Positions 9,405 to 17,662 of a stretch of 64,000 nt of DNA are shown here, piece by piece. Below the pieces are notes generated by a model. That model ran no database searches. It was not told the DNA's origin and worked only from the letters and a program-made list of their open reading frames with translations. Made by a program: the position numbers and the translations under genes. The stretch is from an uncultured virus (IMG/VR IMGVR_UViG_3300042564_004560) (Duplodnaviria; Heunggongvirae; Uroviricota; Caudoviricetes), in the IMG/VR virus record IMGVR_UViG_3300042564_004560. One strand, 5' to 3'. Position 1 is the stretch's first letter; every line of letters starts with the position of its first letter.

Positions 9405-10832
9405 ATGATTAAACAAAATTGGAATATAGATACGAAAGAAGTTAAAAGAATATTGATGATGCATGAGAGTGCAACAAAAAATTTATATTTAATAAAAGAA
9501 CAAAACACTTCTGCAGTTCAATCTTCAACAAATCCCGATGAAATAACCCTCGAAGGAAAAAGTTTTTTCTCAAATGGAAAATGGAAATCTTTATCACCTG
9601 AAGGTAAAGAAGAATTAGATGGTCAATTAGCAAATGCTGCAAAATTTTTAACATCAAAAAAAGGTAGAGTTGTTTATGTAAAAATTATTGCCGGAGAATC
9701 TCAGGTAACTAATACTGATAATGAAAACCCTGCACGCCCAAAAGTTGACCCTGGATATCTTTCAGAAAAAAGAGCAACAACAATGAAAGAATATTTGACC
9801 AAATATTTTGATAACTTAGTAAGTCAAGGTATTATTTCAAATAAACCAATATTTGAGGCACCTGAAGTTATTATTGGTTCAGAGAAATACACTAAAGGAA
9901 TTGATAATCCTAACGACGAAAAATATAAACCTGAAAGATTTGTTAAAGTAGAATTAAAATTAAAATCTCCTGCAGAATGTGTTGTTGGTTTAACTGTAGA
10001 GGTTATGTATAACTCAGTTGAAAACACAAGGTTTCCATGTAGAGGTGACCATAGATGTAATGAAGCTGAATTTGCGATTAAATTAAATGGTGTTGAAATT
10101 GGTATTGCTAATTTAAATAATGAATATGATGGAAAGAGTAAGACCAGCGGACCAATTGTTGTAACAGATGAACAAGCAAAACAAATTATAGGTGACAAAA
10201 GTAAAGATATTATAATTAGTTTACAATGTTTGTCAGGAAATAAATGCCATTCAAGTTCTCCTGAAGTTAAAATCAGTAAAGGAAATTCTATTATTTATTG
10301 GGGATGTTCTCCATCATTAACAGAATTTGGAGACACGGCTGATAAAATTATTTTAGTTTTAGACAACTGTGGTAATTTGAAGAAAAAAGGGACTGAAACC
10401 GAAAATACAGGTGATGAAAAAACCCCGATTAATGTTAAACCTACAGGTAAAGTATTAGAATTCCCTATTGGGGTCACAACAGATATGGTGGAAAGAGTTA
10501 AATTTTTATCCGATAATAAATTTATAAAATCTACACCTGAAAAAGATGGTAGTTATTTGGTAATTCATAATAGATTTGGTAATAATCATGGTGTTAGTCT
10601 TGGAGATAGGGTTAAATTAGTTAAAAAACCACTTATCAGGTTTATTAAATGCCCTATAAATGAAACACCTGAATCTCTTGGTAAATCATTAATGGCTAGT
10701 AAAACAATAACACCAGTTACGGATAAAAGGTCTATAACTATACCAACTCAAGATGTGTATAAAGTATTACAAAGTGCACTTATAAATAAAGTAACCTATA
10801 AAGAGGGTGACTATATTAAACTTGTTAAGTAA
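9405..10832 (+). CDS. Protein with OmpA-C-like (peptidoglycan-binding-type) domain and N-terminal propeptide-like leader
   Basis: FFSNGKWKSLSPEGKEEL...VKIIAGES...YLSEKRATTMKEYL...ERFVKVEL fits the OmpA-C pattern. Confidence 0.5.
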   Translation: MIKQNWNIDTKEVKRILMMHESATKNLYLIKEQNTSAVQSSTNPDEITLEGKSFFSNGKWKSLSPEGKEELDGQLANAAKFLTSKKGRVVYVKIIAGESQVTNTDNENPARPKVDPGYLSEKRATTMKEYLTKYFDNLVSQGIISNKPIFEAPEVIIGSEKYTKGIDNPNDEKYKPERFVKVELKLKSPAECVVGLTVEVMYNSVENTRFPCRGDHRCNEAEFAIKLNGVEIGIANLNNEYDGKSKTSGPIVVTDEQAKQIIGDKSKDIIISLQCLSGNKCHSSSPEVKISKGNSIIYWGCSPSLTEFGDTADKIILVLDNCGNLKKKGTETENTGDEKTPINVKPTGKVLEFPIGVTTDMVERVKFLSDNKFIKSTPEKDGSYLVIHNRFGNNHGVSLGDRVKLVKKPLIRFIKCPINETPESLGKSLMASKTITPVTDKRSITIPTQDVYKVLQSALINKVTYKEGDYIKLVK

Positions 10833-10835
10833 GTA

Positions 10836-11054
10836 TTAGTTACCTGATAAGGTATCTACAGAAATCTTTACATCTTCAAACAATTTTTTGTCTTCTTTTG
10901 ACATTTTACCAAAACTTTTTTTATAAGCTTTATGGCACATTCTTTTGAATTTTTTTTCGGTAACCATCTTACCGTTTGCTAATTCAATAGTTTTTTGACT
11001 TACACATGAAGTTAAAAATATTACTGTGATTAAAATTACGATTAAGTTTTTCAT
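10836..11054 (-). CDS. Small lipoprotein
   Basis: From ATG 11054: MKNLIVILITVIFLTSC, a signal peptide II with lipobox LTSC. Confidence 0.7.
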   Translation of the reverse strand: MKNLIVILITVIFLTSCVSQKTIELANGKMVTEKKFKRMCHKAYKKSFGKMSKEDKKLFEDVKISVDTLSGN

Positions 11055-11078
11055 AGACTGTTTTATTTTTTTATTGTA

Positions 11079-11086
11079 CAAATATA
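11079..11086 (-). promoter_or_regulatory. Bacteroidota-type -7 promoter element TATATTTG
   Basis: Matches TAnnTTTG on minus strand upstream of lipoprotein; TTTG at 11104-11107 (17 nt spacer). Confidence 0.55.
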
Positions 11087-11120
11087 CACATTTTTATTGA
11101 TTCCAAAAATATTTTGAATA

Positions 11121-11127
11121 TATTTAT
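11121..11127 (+). promoter_or_regulatory. Putative late promoter motif TATTTAT
   Basis: About 100 nt upstream of zinc-ribbon gene, ahead of a structured leader. Confidence 0.45.
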
Positions 11128-11229
11128 TATTAGATTTTAGTTTATCAGTCCCCAACCTTAAAGGTTGTTGAGTATTCACGGACACGAAGGTATTGGTAAC
11201 ATAGTCATTAACTATAATAAAATTAAAAA

Positions 11230-12036
11230 ATGAATTACTCAACTACGGTGGGCAAACCGACTGCACACATTACAAAGAAAAAGTCGCGTCTTAAGGTCTA
11301 TAACGGCCACATTATCTTCTTAAATGACAAAGATAATTTCGAATTCGAAATCCATAATCCAAAACAAAAATCGGTACTTGTAAAAATCAAATTGAATGGT
11401 CAATACATCTCAACAAGTGGGGTTGTATTAAGACCAGGTCAGAGGATGTTTTTAGAACGATTCTTGGACACTAACAACAAGTTTGAGTTCAGTACCTATA
11501 AAATTAAAAATACTCCTGAAAACATATCGGCAATCGATTTGAATGGGGATGTTAGAATTGAGTTTTATGATGAACAAGAACCTATTAGAAATAATTTCTA
11601 TTATACAAATGGACTTACTTACACAAATTTACATCACTCAGGTACGGGTTCATTCCAACCTATGGGTGTAACAACAACAAACATTCACAATTATTCTACA
11701 AATACAAGTAATTTAACTTCAGGTATTTCATCAACAGCGTTTAATACTTCAACTAATACTGCTGGCGTTATAACCAATACATTTGCGGGACCAAACATTA
11801 GAAGTAAAAAATCTCTTGAAACCGGCAGAGTTGAGAAAGGTGATAAATCCAAACAAAATTTTACTAATTCATATGAGAATTTTAATTATCACACATCACA
11901 TGAAATTAGTTTTAAATTACAACCATTAAGTACTAAGAATAAAACCACAGAAGACATTAGACAATATTGTACGGAATGTGGTACCAAGACAAAAACAAAT
12001 TTTAAATTTTGTCCGTCTTGTGGAAATAAATTATAA
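11230..12036 (+). CDS. Hypothetical protein with C-terminal zinc ribbon
   Basis: CTECG...FCPSCG at C-terminus; Thr/Asn/Ser-rich linker. Confidence 0.75.
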   Translation: MNYSTTVGKPTAHITKKKSRLKVYNGHIIFLNDKDNFEFEIHNPKQKSVLVKIKLNGQYISTSGVVLRPGQRMFLERFLDTNNKFEFSTYKIKNTPENISAIDLNGDVRIEFYDEQEPIRNNFYYTNGLTYTNLHHSGTGSFQPMGVTTTNIHNYSTNTSNLTSGISSTAFNTSTNTAGVITNTFAGPNIRSKKSLETGRVEKGDKSKQNFTNSYENFNYHTSHEISFKLQPLSTKNKTTEDIRQYCTECGTKTKTNFKFCPSCGNKL

Positions 12037-12038
12037 AT

Positions 12039-12068
12039 AAAAAAAGGGTCCCGTGAGACCCTTTTTTT
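12039..12068. terminator. Bidirectional intrinsic terminator
   Basis: AAAAAAAGGGTC-CCGTGA-GACCCTTTTTTT between convergent genes. Confidence 0.88.
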
Positions 12069-12294
12069 ATTCTTCAGATTTGGTTAAATGAGTATTAACC
12101 ATCCTAATTGATTTGGAAACTAGCTCAGTCTCCCTTAAATCGTACAATCTAGCTTTATGAGCATATTCTATTGCCTGAGCAAGGATGTAAAATGATTGTT
12201 CAATTGTTAAATTATCAGTTAATTTATCAATGTCTTCGGGAGTATAATATGCGATAGAATCAAATAATAACCCCATAGGTTCTTTTTCTGTCAT
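12067..12294 (-). CDS. Hypothetical protein
   Basis: 75 aa ORF ending at the bidirectional terminator. Confidence 0.6.
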   Translation of the reverse strand: MTEKEPMGLLFDSIAYYTPEDIDKLTDNLTIEQSFYILAQAIEYAHKARLYDLRETELVSKSIRMVNTHLTKSEE

Positions 12295-12313
12295 AATTTT
12301 AATAATAAATGGA

Positions 12314-12320
12314 TATTTAT
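12314..12320 (+). promoter_or_regulatory. Putative late promoter motif TATTTAT
   Basis: 15 nt before ATG 12336. Confidence 0.6.
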
Positions 12321-12335
12321 GGTTAAGTTAAATAT

Positions 12336-13037
12336 ATGAATAAAAAATCAATAAGGGAAGCGACAGGGTCAGGTTCATCAGGACATTATAAAGTTCCAAT
12401 TGTTCTTGCACCACAACAATGGAAACCAGACCAATTGGCGCCATTCAATACCCCTGTTTACAAATACACTAATGCGGAATTGGCTTATGAAGAAGCTGAT
12501 GGTGATTATTTAGAAAGTCCTGAAGAAAGAAAAAAAATAGAAGCTAATACTGAAAAATTATCTCGTATTGATACATATCTAAAAAGTTTTTATACAGGAC
12601 AAAATGATGAAGACGGTAGTAGTATATCAGATGTCGAAAGTCCTGAAGAAATAATTAAACGAGATGTTGGTCCACTTAAAGAATCTTTTTTAAAAGAAGA
12701 TTTAGCGGTTTGGTTTGGAACTAAAAAGAAACCAAAAGGAAGTTCACAGCCAAAAGGACCATGGGTTAATATTTGTCGTAAAAAAGAAGGTGGGGGACAT
12801 CCTCCGTGTGGTAGACCTGAGGCTAGTGATAAGGGATATCCTAAATGTCGTGCTGCCGGTGTTGCCAGTAAAATGACCGACTCACAAAAAAGGTCTGCAT
12901 GTCAACAAAAAAGAAAGGCTGAAAAAACACACTCTAAATCAGGTACGGGTAATAAGCCTAAAATGACTTCTTATAAACCAAAAAACGAACAGTTACAAGA
13001 GTTAATAAAAAAAGTTCTCAGAGAGAACTTTCGTTAG
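12336..13037 (+). CDS. Hypothetical protein with basic Cys-containing domain (WF..WV..CG..YPKCR)
   Basis: 233 aa; acidic N-half and basic C-half separated by LKE sites. Confidence 0.65.
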   Translation: MNKKSIREATGSGSSGHYKVPIVLAPQQWKPDQLAPFNTPVYKYTNAELAYEEADGDYLESPEERKKIEANTEKLSRIDTYLKSFYTGQNDEDGSSISDVESPEEIIKRDVGPLKESFLKEDLAVWFGTKKKPKGSSQPKGPWVNICRKKEGGGHPPCGRPEASDKGYPKCRAAGVASKMTDSQKRSACQQKRKAEKTHSKSGTGNKPKMTSYKPKNEQLQELIKKVLRENFR

Positions 13038-13443
13038 TAATTTTTTCTAATATTTTTGATAAAGAGTGTTGAATTTGTCCTTGCATCTCTATCTCAAATT
13101 CCATTCTATTTTTTTCAACTTTTTCATCAAATATTGAAGAGAGTTTATCAAATAAATTTTGGCAAATATCAATATCATAATTATAAATGTGGTTTGTAAT
13201 GTTTAATCTTAAACCATTTAATAAAATGAATATTCCTAATGGTTCGTTTTTAATATATCTTTTTTCGGATAATGGTGCAATTAAAAACGTGGAATCAGGA
13301 TGGTTAATTAATTTTCTAAAAATTGCTGAAGATTTAATTTCATTACGATTATAGTTTTTTTTACGATTTAAAAAATATTGTTTAAAAAGAATATAAATTT
13401 TTAATCTTAATCTTTTAAAAAGTCTGCTATAAAATTTTCTCAT
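13018..13443 (-). CDS. Hypothetical protein
   Basis: 141 aa ORF with upstream TAnnTTTG element. Confidence 0.6.
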   Translation of the reverse strand: MRKFYSRLFKRLRLKIYILFKQYFLNRKKNYNRNEIKSSAIFRKLINHPDSTFLIAPLSEKRYIKNEPLGIFILLNGLRLNITNHIYNYDIDICQNLFDKLSSIFDEKVEKNRMEFEIEMQGQIQHSLSKILEKITNESSL

Positions 13444-13469
13444 TAGTTTATCCTTATTTTTTTATTCAA

Positions 13470-13499
13470 CAAAGATAATTGTTTTTTTTATATTACAAA
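13470..13499 (-). promoter_or_regulatory. Bacteroidota-type promoter (TTTG-N18-TATCTTTG)
   Basis: Plus strand shows CAAAGATA 13470-13477 and CAAA 13496-13499. Confidence 0.55.
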
Positions 13500-13546
13500 C
13501 TATTTTAAATAAAAAAAAGAGTAATTAACTCTCTTTTTTTATCATA

Positions 13547-14011
13547 TTAACAATATGCACCTGAACAATGTTTTTTCCCGTCAAGTCCTGCAATTGTTCC
13601 TTTACAAACTTGAACGGCAAAACCGTTAGAATAAGCTGAAGGGTAAACTTTATATTTTGATTTTGCTGCGGCTAATCCACGAGCACATAATTTAGTACCT
13701 GTTTTTTTACGACCTTCTTCTACCATATCATATTCGTTATTCATCCCTCCTTTTTCTTCATTCATTAAAAAATCAAATACTTGGTCTATATTAGTTTTTG
13801 CTTCGGTTATATGGTCATCAGCCCAATCATGTCCATTTTGAATTATCTCATCAATTTGGTCATGGTCCATCTCTAACATAATCTCACATTGTCTTTTTAT
13901 TTGGACTAAATTACTAAAGAACATATAATTTACTCCTCTTTCTTCAGATAAAACTTTTTTAACTAATCTTGTTAAATCTGATTCTGTTAATTTTACTATT
14001 CTATTTGCCAT
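13547..14011 (-). CDS. Hypothetical protein with N-terminal LTESDL leader and C-terminal basic YPSAY domain
   Basis: 154 aa; AKSKYKVYPSAYSNG motif. Confidence 0.65.
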   Translation of the reverse strand: MANRIVKLTESDLTRLVKKVLSEERGVNYMFFSNLVQIKRQCEIMLEMDHDQIDEIIQNGHDWADDHITEAKTNIDQVFDFLMNEEKGGMNNEYDMVEEGRKKTGTKLCARGLAAAKSKYKVYPSAYSNGFAVQVCKGTIAGLDGKKHCSGAYC

Positions 14012-14016
14012 TGTAT

Positions 14017-14397
14017 TTAAATTTTTATAAAAGTTATGTTAACATTACCACCGTTTTCCATTAAGTTCCAAGGTTGTAATTCAATCCACCCATTTTGAGT
14101 GGCGTTAAAAAGAACACCGTTATAATCTCCACTAGCGGAAATTGTGAATGGTGATTGCCATCCTGGGTCAAATCCACTTCCACCACCTGACCAAGAAGAA
14201 CCTGCAACATCTGTAAAAGTTCCTGGTGTTGATGGGTCGTAAAACCTAATGGCGTTAGTATTGTTTGTGAATGACGAATCAAATTCGTAATCAAATGTTT
14301 CATTATTATTACATCCTCCAATATTACCTATTTGACTATTCATTACAAGTAAACTTAAACCTGAATTATTTGTAATGTGAAATTTAACTGGCCCCAT
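14017..14397 (-). CDS. Hypothetical beta-rich protein
   Basis: 126 aa, Gly/Asn/Trp-rich, in operon. Confidence 0.55.
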   Translation of the reverse strand: MGPVKFHITNNSGLSLLVMNSQIGNIGGCNNNETFDYEFDSSFTNNTNAIRFYDPSTPGTFTDVAGSSWSGGGSGFDPGWQSPFTISASGDYNGVLFNATQNGWIELQPWNLMENGGNVNITFIKI

Positions 14398-14403
14398 ATT
14401 TTA

Positions 14404-15903
14404 TTATTTTCTATTTACGATATTAAATGTTAATTGTTTCTTATAAGTATCTTTTTCACCTGAAGTGTTCACTTGAATATCCACATAATATTGGTTAGGT
14501 ATTTTATCTCTCATATCAAACATGAAAAAATATTCATTTGGTGTTCTACTAAGAGGTGTCCAATCTTGTACTTGTACTTCAGTTGTTCCTTCTTTAACAT
14601 ATACTCTGTAAAACGCCGAAACATCTAATAACATTTGTTGGGCGGTGTAAGCCTTTTTAATTGTCACCCCAACCTTTCTGATATCTGAGTTAAGAATTTG
14701 TTCGTTTTGTAAAATACCATAAAAATTAAACCCATAAATTTGTGGGTCTTTAGATACTGACCCAATTTGAATACCCGCTTTATATTCTTGTAATACAAAT
14801 TGATTTGTTACATTTGAGATACCTTGACCATTAATTGTCAATCCTGACCACACATCATAATATTGACATGGTGTTGCTCCTGTAAATCCATTAGGGACAG
14901 TTACCTCATAGATTCCTTTTGTTTTTAAACAAGTAGATAAAGTTGCCATACCGGAAACAGCATTTCCATTTCGGTCCTCAATTCTAACAATTGGTGTTGA
15001 ATCTAAATTTACTAAATCACCGTTTTGATAAACATATAAATATAGTTTATTAATTTGACTCTTTAAAAATTGATTTCTATCGTCTTTTACAATATCATCA
15101 TAGTTTGTTAAAAGGTATGGTTGGTAAAATGTTTGAGTATGTCTTGAGAAAAACGCTACACTATAACTTTCGGTTAAACCTGTAATATTTTCTATTTGGG
15201 GTAAATAAGCTACTCCCCATCCCGTAACTCCTGTCAATGTCCCATTAAGGATACTATTAATTTCATTTGACATGTCCATGTTAAGGTCTTCATTACCTAA
15301 CTCAAAATGTTGTCTTGCAACAATTGTAAGTCCTGAAAAATTAACATTTCCACTATTTGTGTTACTATAAACACCTGGCTGTGACCAATCATTAATAGTA
15401 GTTGTTTGATACCAATTTGATGGTCTTGTGGAAAATGCTCTACTGTCAACATATGTTAACGGTGCAGAACCACCCACACCACTATTTTTTGCGATATTAA
15501 AATCATTATAATCATACCCAACACCTTCATCCCAATACTGTGAGGTACCTGTTGTTCCTGAAGTTTTTGGTATTCTAAATAATATTAAATCAAATGATGT
15601 TGCTCTTCTTCTTTCATTTGACATAAACGAATTTAGTAATTCATTATCAAATGAAGATGTGTTTGTCATCTTTAATGTATGAGTCATTGCTGAAGTACAT
15701 CCTGTAGATATTACACCTGTAGCAACATTTTGTTCTAACAAAGATAAATCTAAGTTAAAGAGTAATCTTGAGTATCCATAGTTAGGAACTACTAAATCTG
15801 AAGCACCAAAGTTTAACTCAATAACAGGGTTTCTTCCTGTATTAACAAATGAGTTTGATACGATGGTATTATTTTTATCTATGTATGACCTTAAAATTGA
15901 CAT
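14404..15903 (-). CDS. Putative virion structural protein (baseplate/tail region)
   Basis: 499 aa beta-rich; adjacent to spike gene; late motif upstream. Confidence 0.55.
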   Translation of the reverse strand: MSILRSYIDKNNTIVSNSFVNTGRNPVIELNFGASDLVVPNYGYSRLLFNLDLSLLEQNVATGVISTGCTSAMTHTLKMTNTSSFDNELLNSFMSNERRRATSFDLILFRIPKTSGTTGTSQYWDEGVGYDYNDFNIAKNSGVGGSAPLTYVDSRAFSTRPSNWYQTTTINDWSQPGVYSNTNSGNVNFSGLTIVARQHFELGNEDLNMDMSNEINSILNGTLTGVTGWGVAYLPQIENITGLTESYSVAFFSRHTQTFYQPYLLTNYDDIVKDDRNQFLKSQINKLYLYVYQNGDLVNLDSTPIVRIEDRNGNAVSGMATLSTCLKTKGIYEVTVPNGFTGATPCQYYDVWSGLTINGQGISNVTNQFVLQEYKAGIQIGSVSKDPQIYGFNFYGILQNEQILNSDIRKVGVTIKKAYTAQQMLLDVSAFYRVYVKEGTTEVQVQDWTPLSRTPNEYFFMFDMRDKIPNQYYVDIQVNTSGEKDTYKKQLTFNIVNRK

Positions 15904-15915
15904 TTACCTTTTTAA

Positions 15916-15923
15916 TATAAATA
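15916..15923 (-). promoter_or_regulatory. Putative late promoter motif TATTTATA
   Basis: Plus strand TATAAATA, 12 nt before minus-strand ATG 15903. Confidence 0.6.
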
Positions 15924-17459
15924 TCAATTAAGTCGGATATTGCTGTTAAGTATTTTTTCTAATGAATTATTTAATTCTTCAAGAATTTTATCAGCGTTAG
16001 AACCGTCTTGTGTTATAGGTACTGGAGGTAATCCTGGGTATGAGTGTGTATGTGTTAATAGGAATCTAACAATCATATCAATCAACTCTAATAACTCTTC
16101 TCCTCTAACCATACTTGATGTATTGGGCATTATATCGTTGGCAAATTTTTCAGAAGAAATACCATAAAGAGTGTTAGCAAAATTAATTCTTTCTTTACCA
16201 GGTATTTGAGAATTATGAGATAATAAAAATACTTTACTACTACCTAACGCACCATATGAAGATTCGGCATTAACATATTTAAATTGAGGAACAACTTTTT
16301 TAATTGGTGTTCGTGGAATACCAACTTTATTTTTTGAGTAAATTAAACCGGACCCACCTTTAAGTGCGGGACTAAGTTTAATACCTCGGTATATTTCACT
16401 AACATTATTGACAACCGCACTATTTGCAAACGCCCCTTCATCTGTTGATGGTACCAATAATGAGTACATAGCTTTACTTGGTCTATAAAACATAGGGAAT
16501 TTATTATTATCATTGTTATCAGGAAATAATTGTACACCACTTTCAGTAACATTAGTTTTATTACAAGTTTTAATAAAATCATTAATAAAATTAATAGTCT
16601 CTAATTTTGATAACGCCATAAATGGTACTGTCGCAACTAATTTTTTTAAATTTTCAGATACTACGCTGGTTAAAGTTAAATTTTTTGAATTTGTTGTGGA
16701 GTCTGCTTTTAATTGGTATAAATAAACCGCCCCTGTAAATTTATCTAAAAGGTTTTCAGGGTTAATAACAACCCATTCAATTAAATATTTTGTAAGAACC
16801 ACATCTTCTTTTAGTTCATAATAAACTTTGGGAGATAATTCTTCTTTTGTAGATTGAAATTTACTAAGTTGTAAAAACCCTCTTTGTTGATTTGCAACAG
16901 GAATAACATTTTCTTTTAAATATTGACCTTTAAATTTACCCGCTCTTAATAAAACTTCATTTTCTTTTACAATAAGGTCAGCACTACCTCTACCTAAAAT
17001 TGCATTATCTCCAGGTTGGGGAAATACACCTTCATGAACACTATTATCAGTATAGGAACCATCTTGATTTTTTAATGGTTTTGGGTTTTTAATTTGCGTA
17101 CCCGTACCTGTGAATTTATTACCACCATAATAAAATTCTTTAAAGGTTGCTGTTGGAGTTGAAAAAGTGTTTTGAACATAATATTGATTTTGATATTTAA
17201 AATCTTTGTTCATAAAAATAACTTGGACTAATTCATCTACTTTAGGTATTGCGTAAACAAAATACGGTAATAAAGTATTAAAGACTAAAGGGTCTCTTGA
17301 AGTCCAAATATCTTTCTCTTCATTCCATGGTGGGTCAGTGACACTTTTTAAAATATCATCTATGTTATCTATTAGTCTAATACCTCTAATCCTACCTAAC
17401 ATCATAGGGTCTTCAGTATTTAATACTTTACATTGGAAAAATATTGAATTATCAGCCAT
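15924..17459 (-). CDS. Baseplate central spike/hub protein (gp5/gpV-like OB fold)
   Basis: N-terminal KVLNTEDPMMLGRIR...IPKVDELVQV; C-terminal THTHS HxH spike-tip motif. Confidence 0.65.
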   Translation of the reverse strand: MADNSIFFQCKVLNTEDPMMLGRIRGIRLIDNIDDILKSVTDPPWNEEKDIWTSRDPLVFNTLLPYFVYAIPKVDELVQVIFMNKDFKYQNQYYVQNTFSTPTATFKEFYYGGNKFTGTGTQIKNPKPLKNQDGSYTDNSVHEGVFPQPGDNAILGRGSADLIVKENEVLLRAGKFKGQYLKENVIPVANQQRGFLQLSKFQSTKEELSPKVYYELKEDVVLTKYLIEWVVINPENLLDKFTGAVYLYQLKADSTTNSKNLTLTSVVSENLKKLVATVPFMALSKLETINFINDFIKTCNKTNVTESGVQLFPDNNDNNKFPMFYRPSKAMYSLLVPSTDEGAFANSAVVNNVSEIYRGIKLSPALKGGSGLIYSKNKVGIPRTPIKKVVPQFKYVNAESSYGALGSSKVFLLSHNSQIPGKERINFANTLYGISSEKFANDIMPNTSSMVRGEELLELIDMIVRFLLTHTHSYPGLPPVPITQDGSNADKILEELNNSLEKILNSNIRLN

Positions 17460-17661
17460 TATTTCTTTCTTGGTATGCTTTTAACACATTATTATACAAT
17501 TCTTCAAGTTTATCTAAATAAAGAGTTGTATTAATGATTGTTTGTTTAGTGGTTTCAAAATCTGATGATAATAAATCCATAAATTCAACTAACTTATTGT
17601 TAGGTAAAGTTTTTAAATTTTTTTGTTCGTTAATTATATTTTCAAATTCTTCGTTTTTCAT
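17452..17661 (-). CDS. Hypothetical protein
   Basis: 69 aa, overlaps next gene start. Confidence 0.6.
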   Translation of the reverse strand: MKNEEFENIINEQKNLKTLPNNKLVEFMDLLSSDFETTKQTIINTTLYLDKLEELYNNVLKAYQERNNG

Positions 17662-17662
17662 A

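Noticed and set aside
12032..12039. TATAAATA as a canonical T4 late promoter
   Set aside because: Overlaps a stop codon and terminator with no gene downstream in that orientation; chance hits are expected in AT-rich DNA
13511..13540. Terminator AAAAAAAAGAGT-AATTA-ACTCTCTTTTTTT
   Set aside because: Plausibly placed, but the stem is weak and mismatched, so not listed as a feature
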